DNA from: an uncultured Acidobacteriota bacterium
GTDB taxonomy: Bacteria; Acidobacteriota; Vicinamibacteria; Vicinamibacterales; CAVVIG01
Direction: 5' to 3'
Assembly: GCA_963748265.1 (NCBI GenBank)
Contig: CAVVIG010000009.1
Location: 72,374 to 136,373, forward strand
Length of the DNA stretch: 64,000 nt
In this document: positions 12,545-28,176 of the stretch, in pieces
How positions within the stretch are numbered: the stretch's first letter is position 1
Layout: each line of letters opens with the position of its first letter
The notes under the pieces: generated by a model
The model's database searches: none
What the model was told of the DNA's origin: nothing
Seen by the model: the letters and a program-made list of their open reading frames with translations, nothing else
Position numbers and translations under genes: made by a program

Positions 12545-12610
12545 TCTGGTCATTTAGCCATCTGGTCATTGATTGTTTCGATGCCCCAATGACTCAATGA
12601 CCCAATCACT
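12545..12610 (+). terminator. Word-repeat hairpin directly after the aminotransferase stop
   Basis: tctggtcatt-tagcca-tctggtcattgattg ... ccaatgac-tcaatgaccc-aatcac. ggtcattga (12565-12573) pairs with tcaatgacc (12594-12602). The word GGTCATT and its complement AATGACC are each reiterated. The segment is AT-richer than its surroundings. Confidence 0.5.
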
Positions 12611-13205
12611 CACAGCTAGGTCACGTCAAGTATGCGAACGCGACGTGACGCTGCAGATACGTGAGCCCACGCACGGTAGAGGCGAGCGTAGCCCGATGTA
12701 GAGCGGGTGTCGCCGGCATCCGGTTGTTGAAAGTACAGGTGTCGCGTCCACGAAGACCGCGGTTGCGGCCGACAGTGCGAGGGAGGCTTGGCCATCGTCA
12801 CGGCAGCCATGGTGCCGGCCGGCGAGGGCCCGTCCGGCAGCGATCGCCAGGGCCGCGACCAAGAGTCGGAGGAGCAGAATCAAAGCCAGCGGCGTGCCGC
12901 GGATCGGGAGGGCCGTGAGGGCCGCGGCGCCATGACCACGACCGTGATCGGTTCGCCGAACAGCAGCAGCCCGCTGAGCAGCAGCAACCAGCCGCCCACG
13001 CCTCGCGGGCTGTCGTTGACGCCTCCATGCCTGCCGCTAGGATGCCACCGAAAACCGCACGAGGTCCCGCCGTCAGTTTACCGGTCCGCCTCCGGGCTGA
13101 TTCAGGACCGTGGTGATAACGGAGGAAGCCGGATGAACGGGATGACGCCGAGCCGGAACCAAGAGATGGGAACAACGCCGCGGCGTCATCTCCGGTAGTC
13201 GCGAG

Positions 13206-13658
13206 GTGCACCTGTTTCTCGTTCATCACGGCGACGCTGTCGGGCCGGATGTCGATCCGCGGCGCCGCCGCTCTCCTCCGAGGGCCGGAAGGCCGTGGAG
13301 CGGCGGCGGAAGATGCCGCGGTGCGCGGCGCGCGGCCCGCGGTCGTCTGGCACAGCGGCAAGCTGCGCGCGCGCCAGACAGCTGAGGCGTTGTGGCAAGC
13401 TGCAACGCCCTCGCTGAGTTTGCCGCGACGCGCGACCTGCAGCCGGACGACCCACCCGGATGGATGCGCGATCGGCTGCGCGACGAGCGTCGGGATATTC
13501 TGATTGCGGGACACTTCCCCCACCTGCCCAGGCTCCTGGCCCTGCTGTTGACGGGAGCTAATGAGGCTCCCGCATCATTCCCACTCCACGGCGTTGTCGC
13601 TCTGGAAACGGCCGACGGTGGCGAGACGTGGCGGGAAGCGTGGCGGATTCGGGCGTAG
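13206..13658 (+). CDS. sixA: Histidine phosphatase, SixA-like, about 2 frame changes
   Basis: 'VHLFLVHHGDAVGPDVDP' (own translation from GTG 13206), 'VVWHSGKLRARQTAEAL' (ORF 13249-13503), 'ILIAGHFPHLPRLLALLLTG...FPLHGVVALE' (ORF 13392-13658). The motif reads HHG rather than the canonical RHG. Confidence 0.6.
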
Positions 13659-13697
13659 GCGCGCGGCGGCGCTTTCCCTGAACGTCAGGTCAGGCCG

Positions 13698-14148
13698 CTA
13701 GGCGACGACGGTGAGGTGACGGCCCGGGTCGCGTCCGCTCAACGTGTCGATGCGGCCATGCAGTTCGGCGCCCTCGGCCATCGCAACGCGAGGCGCCGTG
13801 ATGTTGCCGTCCACCTTCCAGTGTCCCGGATGTCGACTTCTCGCTGGCCTTGATGGAGCCGGTGACCGCACCGTGGATGGTGATGGTCTTGGCACTGATG
13901 TTGGCGTGGATCTCGGCGTCCGGACCGATGGTGAGCATGTGATCGCGAACGTCAACCGTTCCTTCGACCCGGCCGTCGATGCTCATGTCTTCGGAACTCA
14001 CCAGCTCCCCCTTGAAAACGACCGATTTTCCGACCCAGACCATGACCCGTCGCTTTTCAGCCGGGCAGCCAGGAGGACGGAGTCTGAGTTCTGTCCGGCT
14101 GGTGGTCTGCTCCGTGGACTCGCGCGTCAGCATAGGCCCCTCCATCAT
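13698..14148 (-). CDS. Bactofilin (polymer-forming cytoskeletal protein), 1 frame change
   Basis: 'VVFKGELVSSEDMSIDGRVEGTVDVRDHMLTIGPDAEIHANISAKTITIHGAVTGSIKASEK' (ORF 13690-14394) continues as 'GKVDGNITAPRVAMAEGAELHGRIDT' (ORF 13698-13955). Confidence 0.85.
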
Positions 14149-14575
14149 GTCACTGGAGCACCCCAGATTGTGTGGGGGAGGAGAACGGGGCCGTGCGTTC
14201 AATGACTTCGGGCCCAGGTTCCGGCTCGACCTCGACGACCAGTCCCGGTGGACGTCGGACAGGCGAGAGAATCCGCCGGGCGGCCTCGTCGGGCACCCCA
14301 AGCATCGCCCGAAAATGCCTGAAAGTGAACCGGGCGCTCGGGTTCCGCACCACAAGGCACACGATGCGTCGATGAGTTTCGCTCCGTCTGGCATAGTTGC
14401 GCCGATCGACAGTCACAGAAATCGCTCCGCCTCTTCTCTTGCAATATTCAACGACATGAGCAGGACGCCGGCGCCTTCCGGGGCCGTTCTGCGACACCTC
14501 AAGGAACCGCTCAGGTCGGCGGGGATATGGTGCAACGCCCCACCTGCAAATCGAGCCACCGCCATACAATGCTGT

Positions 14576-15025
14576 ATGCCCAATCTGACAGTCGAAGGAT
14601 ATCGAACGTTTGAAGTCCCGCAGGACAAGCGTCTCGTCCTTGCGATCGAACAGGACGCCGGAGTTGACATCATGCACGCGTGCGGCGGGTTCGCCCGGTG
14701 CACCACCTGCCGCGTTGAATTTGTCGAGGGAGAGCCGGCGAGCTGGACCGTCGCGGAGCGGGAGCGGCTCGCCGCGCGCGGTCTGACCGGCATCCGTCTG
14801 TCATGCCAAATTCTCTGTGATCACGACATGGTGGTGCGCGCGATCAGCCGCCTCGAGGGTACTGGCAGGCCCGACCCGGGGCCTGTGCCGCAGGACGACG
14901 ATCACCCGCCGCCCGATGGGTCTGACCATGCGAGAAGTGGTGTCTCTCTTGTTGACAGGCATCCGGAGGCGACGAAACACGGCGAGCCACGCGTTCGTAT
15001 GACAAGTGGGCGGGAGGAAGCCTGA
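14576..15025 (+). CDS. 2Fe-2S ferredoxin (plant-type cluster-binding pattern)
   Basis: 'MPNLTVEGYRTFEVPQDKRLVLAIEQDAGVDIMHACGGFARCTTCRVEFVEGEP...GIRLSCQILCDHDMVV' within ORF 13979-15025. The Cys spacing is C-x5-C-x2-C ... C. The C-terminal extent is uncertain. Confidence 0.7.
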   Translation: MPNLTVEGYRTFEVPQDKRLVLAIEQDAGVDIMHACGGFARCTTCRVEFVEGEPASWTVAERERLAARGLTGIRLSCQILCDHDMVVRAISRLEGTGRPDPGPVPQDDDHPPPDGSDHARSGVSLVDRHPEATKHGEPRVRMTSGREEA

Positions 15026-15084
15026 GGACGCGACCGGCCGCGCTTGGCAGGCTCGACTGAAACACATTCAGCTGGGAGCGACGC

Positions 15085-16111
15085 ATGAACGGCGGACACA
15101 TGAAAGCCATAGCTTCGATGGGCGTCCTCGTCATCCTGACGATTCTCTTGGGACTCGTCCCCGCTCCAATCCGATCGGTCCAAGGTCAGGAGCGCCAGGC
15201 GGCAATCGACCCGCTGCATTTTCACCACGTTCACCTGAATTCGGTGAACCCGTCGGCTGCCGCGGCGTACTACCCGAAGGCGTTTGCGACCTCGTCTACC
15301 AAGACGACGTTCAACGGCTACGAGGCGGTCAAGACGGGTAACGTCTACGTGCTGTTTACGAAGGTCAACACTCCTCCCAGAACGAGCTGACCGGGCCTCG
15401 ACCTCGGTGTGGCATTTCGGCTGGAACACGCCCGACTCGCGCAAGTACAACGAGCGGTTCCGCGCCATGGGTCTGAAGATCGCTCAGATGTGGGACGCTG
15501 CGGATGGCAAGCTCGTGGACATGTCGAGCGATACGCTCCCGGGCTTGCCGACGCAGGAGCAGATTCTCGGCATGCGCGAAAAGGGCGTGGAGCCGGCCAG
15601 GCAGGGGGGCTTCGGCTATCTGCGTGGTCCGGACGGCGCGATGATCGAGAACGCACAGGCCGGCACGGTGGAGCGGTTCAACCACGTGCACATGTACCAC
15701 GAGCACCCGCTGTGCGCGATGCAGTGGTACGTCACGCATCTCGGAGCGACGCTGCCGCAGGGTCGCGGCGCTGCGCCCGCGCCGCCGGCTGACGAATGTA
15801 AACAGCTGTACGCGCCGCCCACATGGCCTTCGTTCGCCAAGACGGGATTTGTCCGCGAGCCGTCAGGCGCCGTGTTCTTCGACGACATCTCCATCTCGAT
15901 CCGGCCGTGGCCGGGCGGGGGGCTCGTCAGCCCGCGCGGAAAGATCGTCGATCACTGGGCGCTTCAGGTCGCCGATCTCGCGCCCACCCTCGCCCGGTTG
16001 AAGCGTGAAGGCGTCAAGGTCCTCGAAGAGGTTCACCCCTGGGGAAATAGCCGCGCGGCCATGATCGAGGGACCCGATCGAATTGCGATCGAGCTCGTGG
16101 AGCTGAAATAG
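15085..16111 (+). CDS. Secreted VOC/glyoxalase-fold family protein, 1 frame change near 15385
   Basis: Signal-like 'MKAIASMGVLVILTILLGLV'; 'LHFHHVHLNSVNPSAAAAYYPKAF', 'FNHVHMYHEHPLCAMQWYVTHLGA', 'IVDHWALQVADLAPTLARLKREGVKVLEEVHPWGNSRAAMIEGPDRIAIELVE' (ORFs 15085-15390 and 15284-16111). Confidence 0.55.
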
Positions 16112-16138
16112 TCGCTTGTCAACCAATCCGGAGATGTG

Positions 16139-17473
<1,335 letters not shown>

Positions 17474-17525
17474 CCCTTCCAGTTGTCTTTCCTGCGCGGC
17501 CCGGTCTAGCATCGCGGCCAGAAAC

Positions 17526-18986
17526 GTGCTTTTCACCCAGCCGGCGTTTCTCTTCCTCTTTCTTCCGGCGCTGCTCGCTCTGTACTTTCTCGTCGTGGCG
17601 ATGGGAACCAAGAGGGCCGGCGACGCCGATCTCAACGCCGCCAACACGCTCCTGGTGGCGGCGAGCGTGATCTTCTATGCACAAGGCGCCGGTCGATACC
17701 TCTGGTTGCTGTGCGCGTCGATCGCCTTCAACTGGTGGGTGGCCGATGCCATCGATCGGGCACATGGGCGGGCTGTCGGATCGTCGGCCCGCCTCGCGAA
17801 GACGCTCCTGGTCTGGGGCGTCACGGGAAACGTTCTGGTGCTCGGAGTATCCAAGTACGTGAACGTTTACGCCGGAAACTTCGGGGCTCTGTCGCTGGCG
17901 CTCGGTACACAGCCGATCGGGGCAGGCGTCCTGCTTCCGCTTGGCATGTCGTTCCTGACCCTGCACGCGATCTCGTTTCTGGTTGACGTCTATCGGCGCG
18001 ACGACCGCTCGCGGCGCCGACTCGTGGACGCGGCCCTGTACCTCGCGTTTTTTCCGCCTCTCCTGGCTGGACCGATCGTCCGTTACCGGGATTTTGCTCA
18101 TCAGACTTCCGAACGGGTGGTGAGCGTCGGCAACTTCGTGTACGGCGTCCGGCGCGTCGTCATCGGTCTCTGCAAGAAACTCCTGATCGCGGACGTGGTG
18201 GGCGTGATGGCCGATCGGGCCTTCGACATGCCGGTCGATCGCCTCGGCGCCGGCACGGCGTGGTTCGGTCTCACCTGCTTCACGTTGCAGATCTACTTCG
18301 CGCTGTCGGGGTATTCGGACATGGCGATCGGGCTCGGACGCATGTTCGGGTTCCGTCTGCCCGAGAACTTCCGCTGGCCATATGTCGCCGAGACGGTGCA
18401 GGAGTTCTGGCGTCGCTGGATGATTTCCCTCTCCAGTTGGTCGCGCGACTACCTGTATCTCCCGCTCGGCAGCGACAACCCGGCAGCTGACCGGATGGTC
18501 CGCCCCCTGGCGGTGATCGCCGTGTTCGTGTTGTGTGGGGTCTGGCACGGGACGAGCTGGACTTTTGTTGTCTGGGGTCTGTATCACGGCGCCTTCATGG
18601 TCCTCGAGCGCGCGGGACTCGCGTTGACAGTCGGGCGGCTGCCGACCCCGCTGCGCCATGTGTACCTGATCGTTGTTGTGATGATCGGGTGGGTGTTCTT
18701 CCGGGCCGAGAGTGTCCTCGCGGCGCTGACGTTCTTGAACGCGCTCGCCGGACTCCAGACCTCGGGGGCCCCCGTGTTTACCCTGCGGCCGGCTCCGAGC
18801 CTTTACTTCTGGATGGCGCTGCTCGCGGGCCTGACTGCGTCGGCGCCGCTCGTGGGTTCGGTGAGCCGATGGCGGGTGACGATCGATGCCGTCACCGTTT
18901 CAGCATTGGCGATGCTGTTTGCCACGGGAATCTTCATCTGGTCCAGCATCCGCTCGTTGTTTTCGATGCTCGAGACGAAACGGTAG
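17526..18986 (+). CDS. MBOAT family O-acyltransferase (AlgI/DltB-like)
   Basis: In ORF 17331-18986: 'LFTQPAFLFLFLPALLALYF', 'GMSFLTLHAISFLVDVYRR', 'FFPPLLAGPIVRYRDF', 'FWRRWMISLSSWSRDYLYLPLG', 'VFVLCGVWHGTSWTFVVWGLYHG'. The start is placed at in-frame GTG 17526, just before the family-typical N-terminus. Confidence 0.88.
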   Translation: MLFTQPAFLFLFLPALLALYFLVVAMGTKRAGDADLNAANTLLVAASVIFYAQGAGRYLWLLCASIAFNWWVADAIDRAHGRAVGSSARLAKTLLVWGVTGNVLVLGVSKYVNVYAGNFGALSLALGTQPIGAGVLLPLGMSFLTLHAISFLVDVYRRDDRSRRRLVDAALYLAFFPPLLAGPIVRYRDFAHQTSERVVSVGNFVYGVRRVVIGLCKKLLIADVVGVMADRAFDMPVDRLGAGTAWFGLTCFTLQIYFALSGYSDMAIGLGRMFGFRLPENFRWPYVAETVQEFWRRWMISLSSWSRDYLYLPLGSDNPAADRMVRPLAVIAVFVLCGVWHGTSWTFVVWGLYHGAFMVLERAGLALTVGRLPTPLRHVYLIVVVMIGWVFFRAESVLAALTFLNALAGLQTSGAPVFTLRPAPSLYFWMALLAGLTASAPLVGSVSRWRVTIDAVTVSALAMLFATGIFIWSSIRSLFSMLETKR

Positions 18987-19000
18987 TGCATCGGGGAAAC

Positions 19001-19058
19001 CTGAAGTCTGAAACCTGGAGTCTGAATCCGTTCAGATTTCAGAGTTCAGATTTTGAAG
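19001..19058. terminator. Bidirectional word-repeat hairpin (TCTGAA / TTCAGA) between convergent genes
   Basis: ctgaagtctgaaacctggagtctgaa-tccg-ttcagatttcagagttcagattttgaag. The core stem tctgaa/ttcaga has a 4-nt loop, and the outer arms pair imperfectly. A T-run follows on the plus strand. The stop codon of the minus-strand gene (19046-19048) lies inside the right arm. Confidence 0.65.
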
Positions 19059-19489
19059 AGATCATCGAACGCCTGCCGGGCGCTCGGTGGCCCCGCCGTG
19101 CCGGTCTGGCGCTCGATGGTCGTCCGGGCCGAGAAGAAGCTGCACTCGTTCCGCCCGTCTTTCGGCGCCACGCGGGCCGTCAACGCCTGCGTGCACTCCC
19201 AACGCGCGCCAGTGTCGAACGACATGCAGTGGATGCAGCTGTGCAGATCGGCGCCGCAGCGGGAGCAGCGACCATCCGACGGCACCGGCAGCGCCAGGCG
19301 GTTGCCGCAGCGCGCGCAGCGGAAGACTTCGTGGGAGCCCATCAGGTTCGGCGTCTTCGGCCCCGACGCGTGCTGCAGCGGTCTGCCGGGGGCTCGCGGC
19401 TCCTGGGGGGCGGCCGGTTTCCCGCGCGCACCCTGGCGGTCCGGCGGTTCGTCCTGATAGCCACGCTGGCGGTACTTGCGATCGCTCAT
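19046..19489 (-). CDS. Cys-rich zinc-ribbon protein of unknown function
   Basis: In ORF 19046-19564, ATG at 19489: 'MSDRKYRQRGYQDEPPDRQG...' (basic, Pro-rich N-terminus) then 'FRCARCGNRLALPVPSDGRCSRCGADLHSCIHCMSFDTGARWECTQ' (paired CxxC motifs). The frame is intact. Confidence 0.6.
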   Translation of the reverse strand: MSDRKYRQRGYQDEPPDRQGARGKPAAPQEPRAPGRPLQHASGPKTPNLMGSHEVFRCARCGNRLALPVPSDGRCSRCGADLHSCIHCMSFDTGARWECTQALTARVAPKDGRNECSFFSARTTIERQTGTAGPPSARQAFDDLFKI

Positions 19490-19629
19490 CGCTTCTAACC
19501 CAATCCTGACGCGAGAGCCCCACCCGATCAAGCGGCTGGTCCGGGAACCCGGCCCGACCGACACATAAGCCAGGTGATACTCTTTTTCGAGCGGCCCGAA
19601 CCCCGAAGTCTGGACCAGGAAGGTGTGCG

Positions 19630-21739
19630 ATGCGCTCGTGTCGTAACGTTATAGCGCTCCTGCTGGCCCTGGCGGTGGCGACGCGGATCCGGGAGACGCG
19701 CGTCGATGCCCAGGACCGGCGGCCGCTGACCCTGGTGGATCTGGCCGAGATGCCTCGACTTCTCGACCCGCAGCTGTCACCCGATGGCCGATTCGTCGCC
19801 TACACGCTGGCGAGGGCCGACTGGAAGGCCAATCGTCTCGTTGGTCAAATCTGGCGCCAGGCGGTTACCGGTGGGAGGCCCGAACAGCTTACGCGCCTCG
19901 AGACGGGCGTGGCGCCCTCGGTGCGATGGTCACCTGACGGGAAATCGATGCTGTTTCTTGCGAACGTCGGCGAGGCCGGCATCCAGGTCCACCGTCTGCC
20001 CGCCGACGGTGGCGAGGCGAAGCAGCTCACGCGGCACGCCACTGGCGTGTCGCAGGCTGCGTGGGCGCCAGATGGTTCGTCCATCTACTTTGTGGCCTCT
20101 GATGCGAGAACGACCGCTGAGCGTGAGCGCGATCGATTGCGAGACGATGTGTATGCGTTCGACGAGGACTTCAAGCAGCGGCACCTCTGGAAAGTGAGCG
20201 TGGCGGACGGCGAAGAAGAAAAGGTCACCGACGGTGACTGGTCCGTGCTGGCGTATAGGCTGTCGCGCGATGGCCGGCAGATCGTCGTTCACCGTGCGCC
20301 GACACCACTGGTCGAACGACAGCGCGCGGAGCGAAATCTGGATCGTGGATGCCGGCGGTGGAAGCGCCCGGGCGCTCACCGACAACGCCGTCGAAGAGAA
20401 CGAGGGCGAGCTTTCGCCGGACGGTACGCAGCTGCTATTTCTCGCCGAGGCGAACGAGCGGCTGGAGCCGTACCACGCCTCGAGGCTGTTCCTGGTTCCC
20501 GCTCGTGGCGGCAGGCCCACGGCCCTGCTGCAGAACTTTCCGTACGCGATCGAGCGAGCGGCTTGGCGACCCGACGGCCGCGCGATTCTCGCCGTGGTCA
20601 ACATGGGCGTCCACAGCGAGATCTTCAGCATCGATCTCGGCGACGAGACGAGCGCGGGCGCTTACCGACGGGCGCACATCGGTGCAGTTCTGGAGCGTCG
20701 TGCCGGCGGCCGGCCGGATGGTCTTCCAGCTCGACGAGCCCATGCGGCTCGGCGACGCCTGGACGCTGCCGTTTGAAGGCGGACACCCTGACCCGGGTGA
20801 CGTGGGGTCTACGATGGGCTCGAGGCTGGACTTCATCTCCCGCGGCAGGAGAAGGTCGCGTGGAAGGGCGCCGACGGGGTCACCGTCGAAGGGCTGCTCT
20901 TCTATCCGATTGGCTACCAGAGCTGGCCGGCGCTACGCCGCTGGTCGTTCAACTGCACGGCGGACCGCACGGAGTCCGACAAGTTCGGCTACGGGCCGGG
21001 TGTCATCATGAACCATGTGCCGGTGCTTGACGGCGCAAGGGCTACGCCGTGCTTCGGCCGAACTATCGCGGCAGCACCGGGCTACGGGGACGCGGTTTCT
21101 ACGCGACGTGATGGGCGGCTTACTTCAAGAACATGCACACGGATGTGCTCGCCGGTGTCGACGCTCTCGTTCGGCAGGGCATGGCCGATCCCGATCGGCT
21201 TGCGGTGATGGGGTGGAGCGCCGGCGGGCATCTCACCAACAAGCTCATCACGATCACGACCCGGTTCAAGGCGGCCTCGCAACCGCCGGGGCGGCGAACT
21301 GGACGTCGATGTTCGCGCAGACCGACACGCGCACGAATCGGGTCGTGATGGTTCGGCGGGACGCCGTGGCAGCCGAACGCCCCGATCGACGTCTTCTGGA
21401 ACAACTCGCCGCTGAAGGACGCCGCCGCGGGTCAAGACGCCGACGCTGTTCTATCGTCGGCGAGCAGGACACGCGCGTCCCGATGCCGCAGTCGGTGGAG
21501 ATGTACCGCGCGCTCAGGGCCAACGGGGTGCCGACGCGGCTGTATCGTCGCGCCGCGCGAGGCCGCACCAGTGGGGCGAACTGCGGCACCAGCTGTACAA
21601 GGCCAACGCCGAGCTCGAATGGTTCGAGCGCTACGTGCAGGGGCCGGCGTACACGTGGGAGACGCGCGCCGGCCGTGATGCGCCGGCCACGTCGAAGGCT
21701 GACCGATCGGATTTGCCACGACCTGAAGAGCAGGCGTAA
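19630..21739 (+). CDS. S9 family serine peptidase (prolyl oligopeptidase/acylaminoacyl peptidase type; beta-propeller + alpha/beta hydrolase), many frame changes
   Basis: 'LSPDGRFVAYTL', 'RWSPDGKSMLF', 'WAPDGSSIYFVASD', 'GELSPDGTQLLFLAE', 'MGWSAGGHLTNKLIT' (GxSxGG), 'VEMYRALRANGVPTRLY'. The C-terminus 'ELRHQLYKANAELEWFERYVQG' and the stop TAA 21737-21739 are my own translation. Confidence 0.85.
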
Positions 21740-21825
21740 GCTCCGGCGGGAATCGGGTTAGCGCCACGGGACTTCCACAACGGGTTCCTGACCGGTCCCA
21801 TCGCTCGTCGCGTGCCCCGGAGTCG

Positions 21826-22481
21826 ATGTCGCAGATCTTTCACCGCAGCACGAACACGATCTCGCGCGTCAGCATCTTCGGCGCGGTGTTCGTCGTCGCC
21901 GGCCTGCTGTGGCTCGTCCGCCGCAGGTGAACCGGTCGCCCTGGATCACCGAGGCGCACGTCGCGCGCGAGCAGCCCATTCCAGTTCAGCCACGAGCGCC
22001 ATGTCGGCGGCAACGGCATCGACTGCCGCTACTGCCACACCTCGGTCGAGGACTCGCGTTCGCCGGCATCCCGCCGACCAAGACCTGCATGAACTGCCAC
22101 TCGGAGATCTTCGCCAACAGCCCGTTCCTGCAGCCGGTGCGCGACAGCTTCGAGACCGGGCGCGCCGCATCCAGTGGACCGCGTGTCCACGACCTGCCCG
22201 ACTTCGTGTACTTCGACCACAGCATCCACGTGAACAAGGGCGTCGGCTGCACCACCTGCCACGGGCCAGGTGGATCGGATGCCGCTGATGTGGCAGGAGA
22301 CAGTCGCTGCAGATGGAGTGGTGCCTCGACTGCCACCGCAACCCGGAGCGGTACGTCCGGCCGCGGAGCGCCGTGTTCGGCGTCGACTATCAGCCGCCGC
22401 CCGAATCAGGCCGAGCTCGGGCCAGCGGCTGGTCGCCGAGTACGAGATTCAGAAGCTCACGAGCTGCTCGACGTGCCATCA

Positions 22482-22485
<4 letters not shown>
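21826..22485 (+). CDS. actA: Alternative complex III subunit ActA (pentahaem cytochrome c), 2-3 frame changes
   Basis: Five CxxCH motifs in order: 'CRYCH' (own translation about 22022), 'CMNCH', 'CTTCH' (ORF 21909-22691), 'CLDCH' (ORF 22313-22825), 'CSTCH' (ORF 22270-22485). N-terminal anchor 'ISRVSIFGAVFVVAGLLWLV'. Confidence 0.85.
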
Positions 22486-27040
<4,555 letters not shown>

Positions 27041-27043
27041 GCG

Positions 27044-27572
27044 ATGGCGATACGTTCACCGTCGATTTACGGCCTGATGGCCGAGTTCGAGGATCCGAAC
27101 GCGCTCGTCGCGGCGGCCTACCGCGCGCACTACGAGGGCTACCGCGCGATGGACGCGTACTCGCCGTTCCCGATCGAGGAGCTGCACGAGGCGCTCGGCG
27201 TTCGCACACCGCGGCTGCCGCTGATCGTGCTCATCGGCGGCATCGTCGGCGCGCTCGGCGGCTACGTCCTGCAGTACTGGGCGACGACGATCGCCTATCC
27301 GCTGAACGTCGCCGGAAAGCCGTTCAACAGCTGGCCGATGTTCATTCCGGTCACCTTCGAGTGCACGATCCTCGGTCGCGGCGCTGTCGGCCGTGTTCGG
27401 CATGCTGGCGCTGAACGGCCTGCCGCAGCCGTATCACCCGGTGTTCAACGTGCCGCGCTTCGCGCTGGCCAGCCGCAACCGCTTCTTCCTGTGCATCGAG
27501 GCAGCGAGATCCGAAGTTCGACCTCGAGGCGACGCGGCGCTTCCTCGAAACACTCGGGCCTCGTCGAGGTGA
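27044..27572 (+). CDS. actD: Alternative complex III subunit ActD (DUF3341-type), about 2 frame changes
   Basis: '[52 protein letters not shown]...[52 protein letters not shown]' (ORF 27044-28015). The stop is inferred at TGA 27570-27572, overlapping the next GTG. Confidence 0.8.
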
Positions 27573-28176
27573 CGACCGTTGCGCGACTAGGCCAACGGCG
27601 ATCGCGCGCAGGAGCGGCCGCGGCTGCTGATCGCGCTCGGCTCGGCGTGGCCTGCCGGCAGGACATGCACGATCAGCCGAAGTACTCCGCCGCTCGAGCC
27701 GTCGACGTTCTTCGCCGACGGCAGCTCGGCGCGGCCGCCGTGGCGGGCACCGTCGCGCGCGGCCAGCTCGAGGACGATCGAGCTGCTCTACACCGGGAAG
27801 GTCAACGACGAGGATGTCGACGGCTGTTCCCGTTCCCGGTCGACCGAGGCCGTGATGGCGCGCGGACAGGAGCGGTTCAACATCTACTGTTCGCCGTGCC
27901 ACGGCCGGACCGGCGCCGGCGACGGCATGGTCGTCCGGCGCGGGTACACGCCCGCCGCCGCCGCTCGATGCTCCGCGCCTCCGCGAGACGCCGGTGGGCC
28001 ATTTCTTCGACGTGATCACGAACGGCTTCGGCGCGATGCCCGACTACGCCGCGCAGATCAAGGTGGAGGATCGCTGGGCGATCGCCGCCTACATCCGCGC
28101 GCTGCAGCTGCAGCGTCCGCCACGCTGGACGACGTGCCCGCCAGCCGAGCGCACCCGGCTCGAAGGTCAGCGGTGA
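27569..28176 (+). CDS. actE: Alternative complex III subunit ActE (monohaem cytochrome c lipoprotein), 2-3 frame changes
   Basis: '...[14 protein letters not shown]' (lipobox-like), '[29 protein letters not shown]' (ORF 27852-28736), '[39 protein letters not shown]' (ORF 27994-28176). Confidence 0.8.

Noticed and set aside
14150-14416. Possible 88-codon minus-strand ORF ending 2 nt before the bactofilin ATG ('...FRHFRAMLGVPDEAARRIL...', HTH-like)
   Set aside because: The tight spacing is tempting. However, third-position GC (about 70% by my count) is well below that of the clear genes, and the start is only a GTG guess. I recognise no family. It is worth re-examining after polishing.
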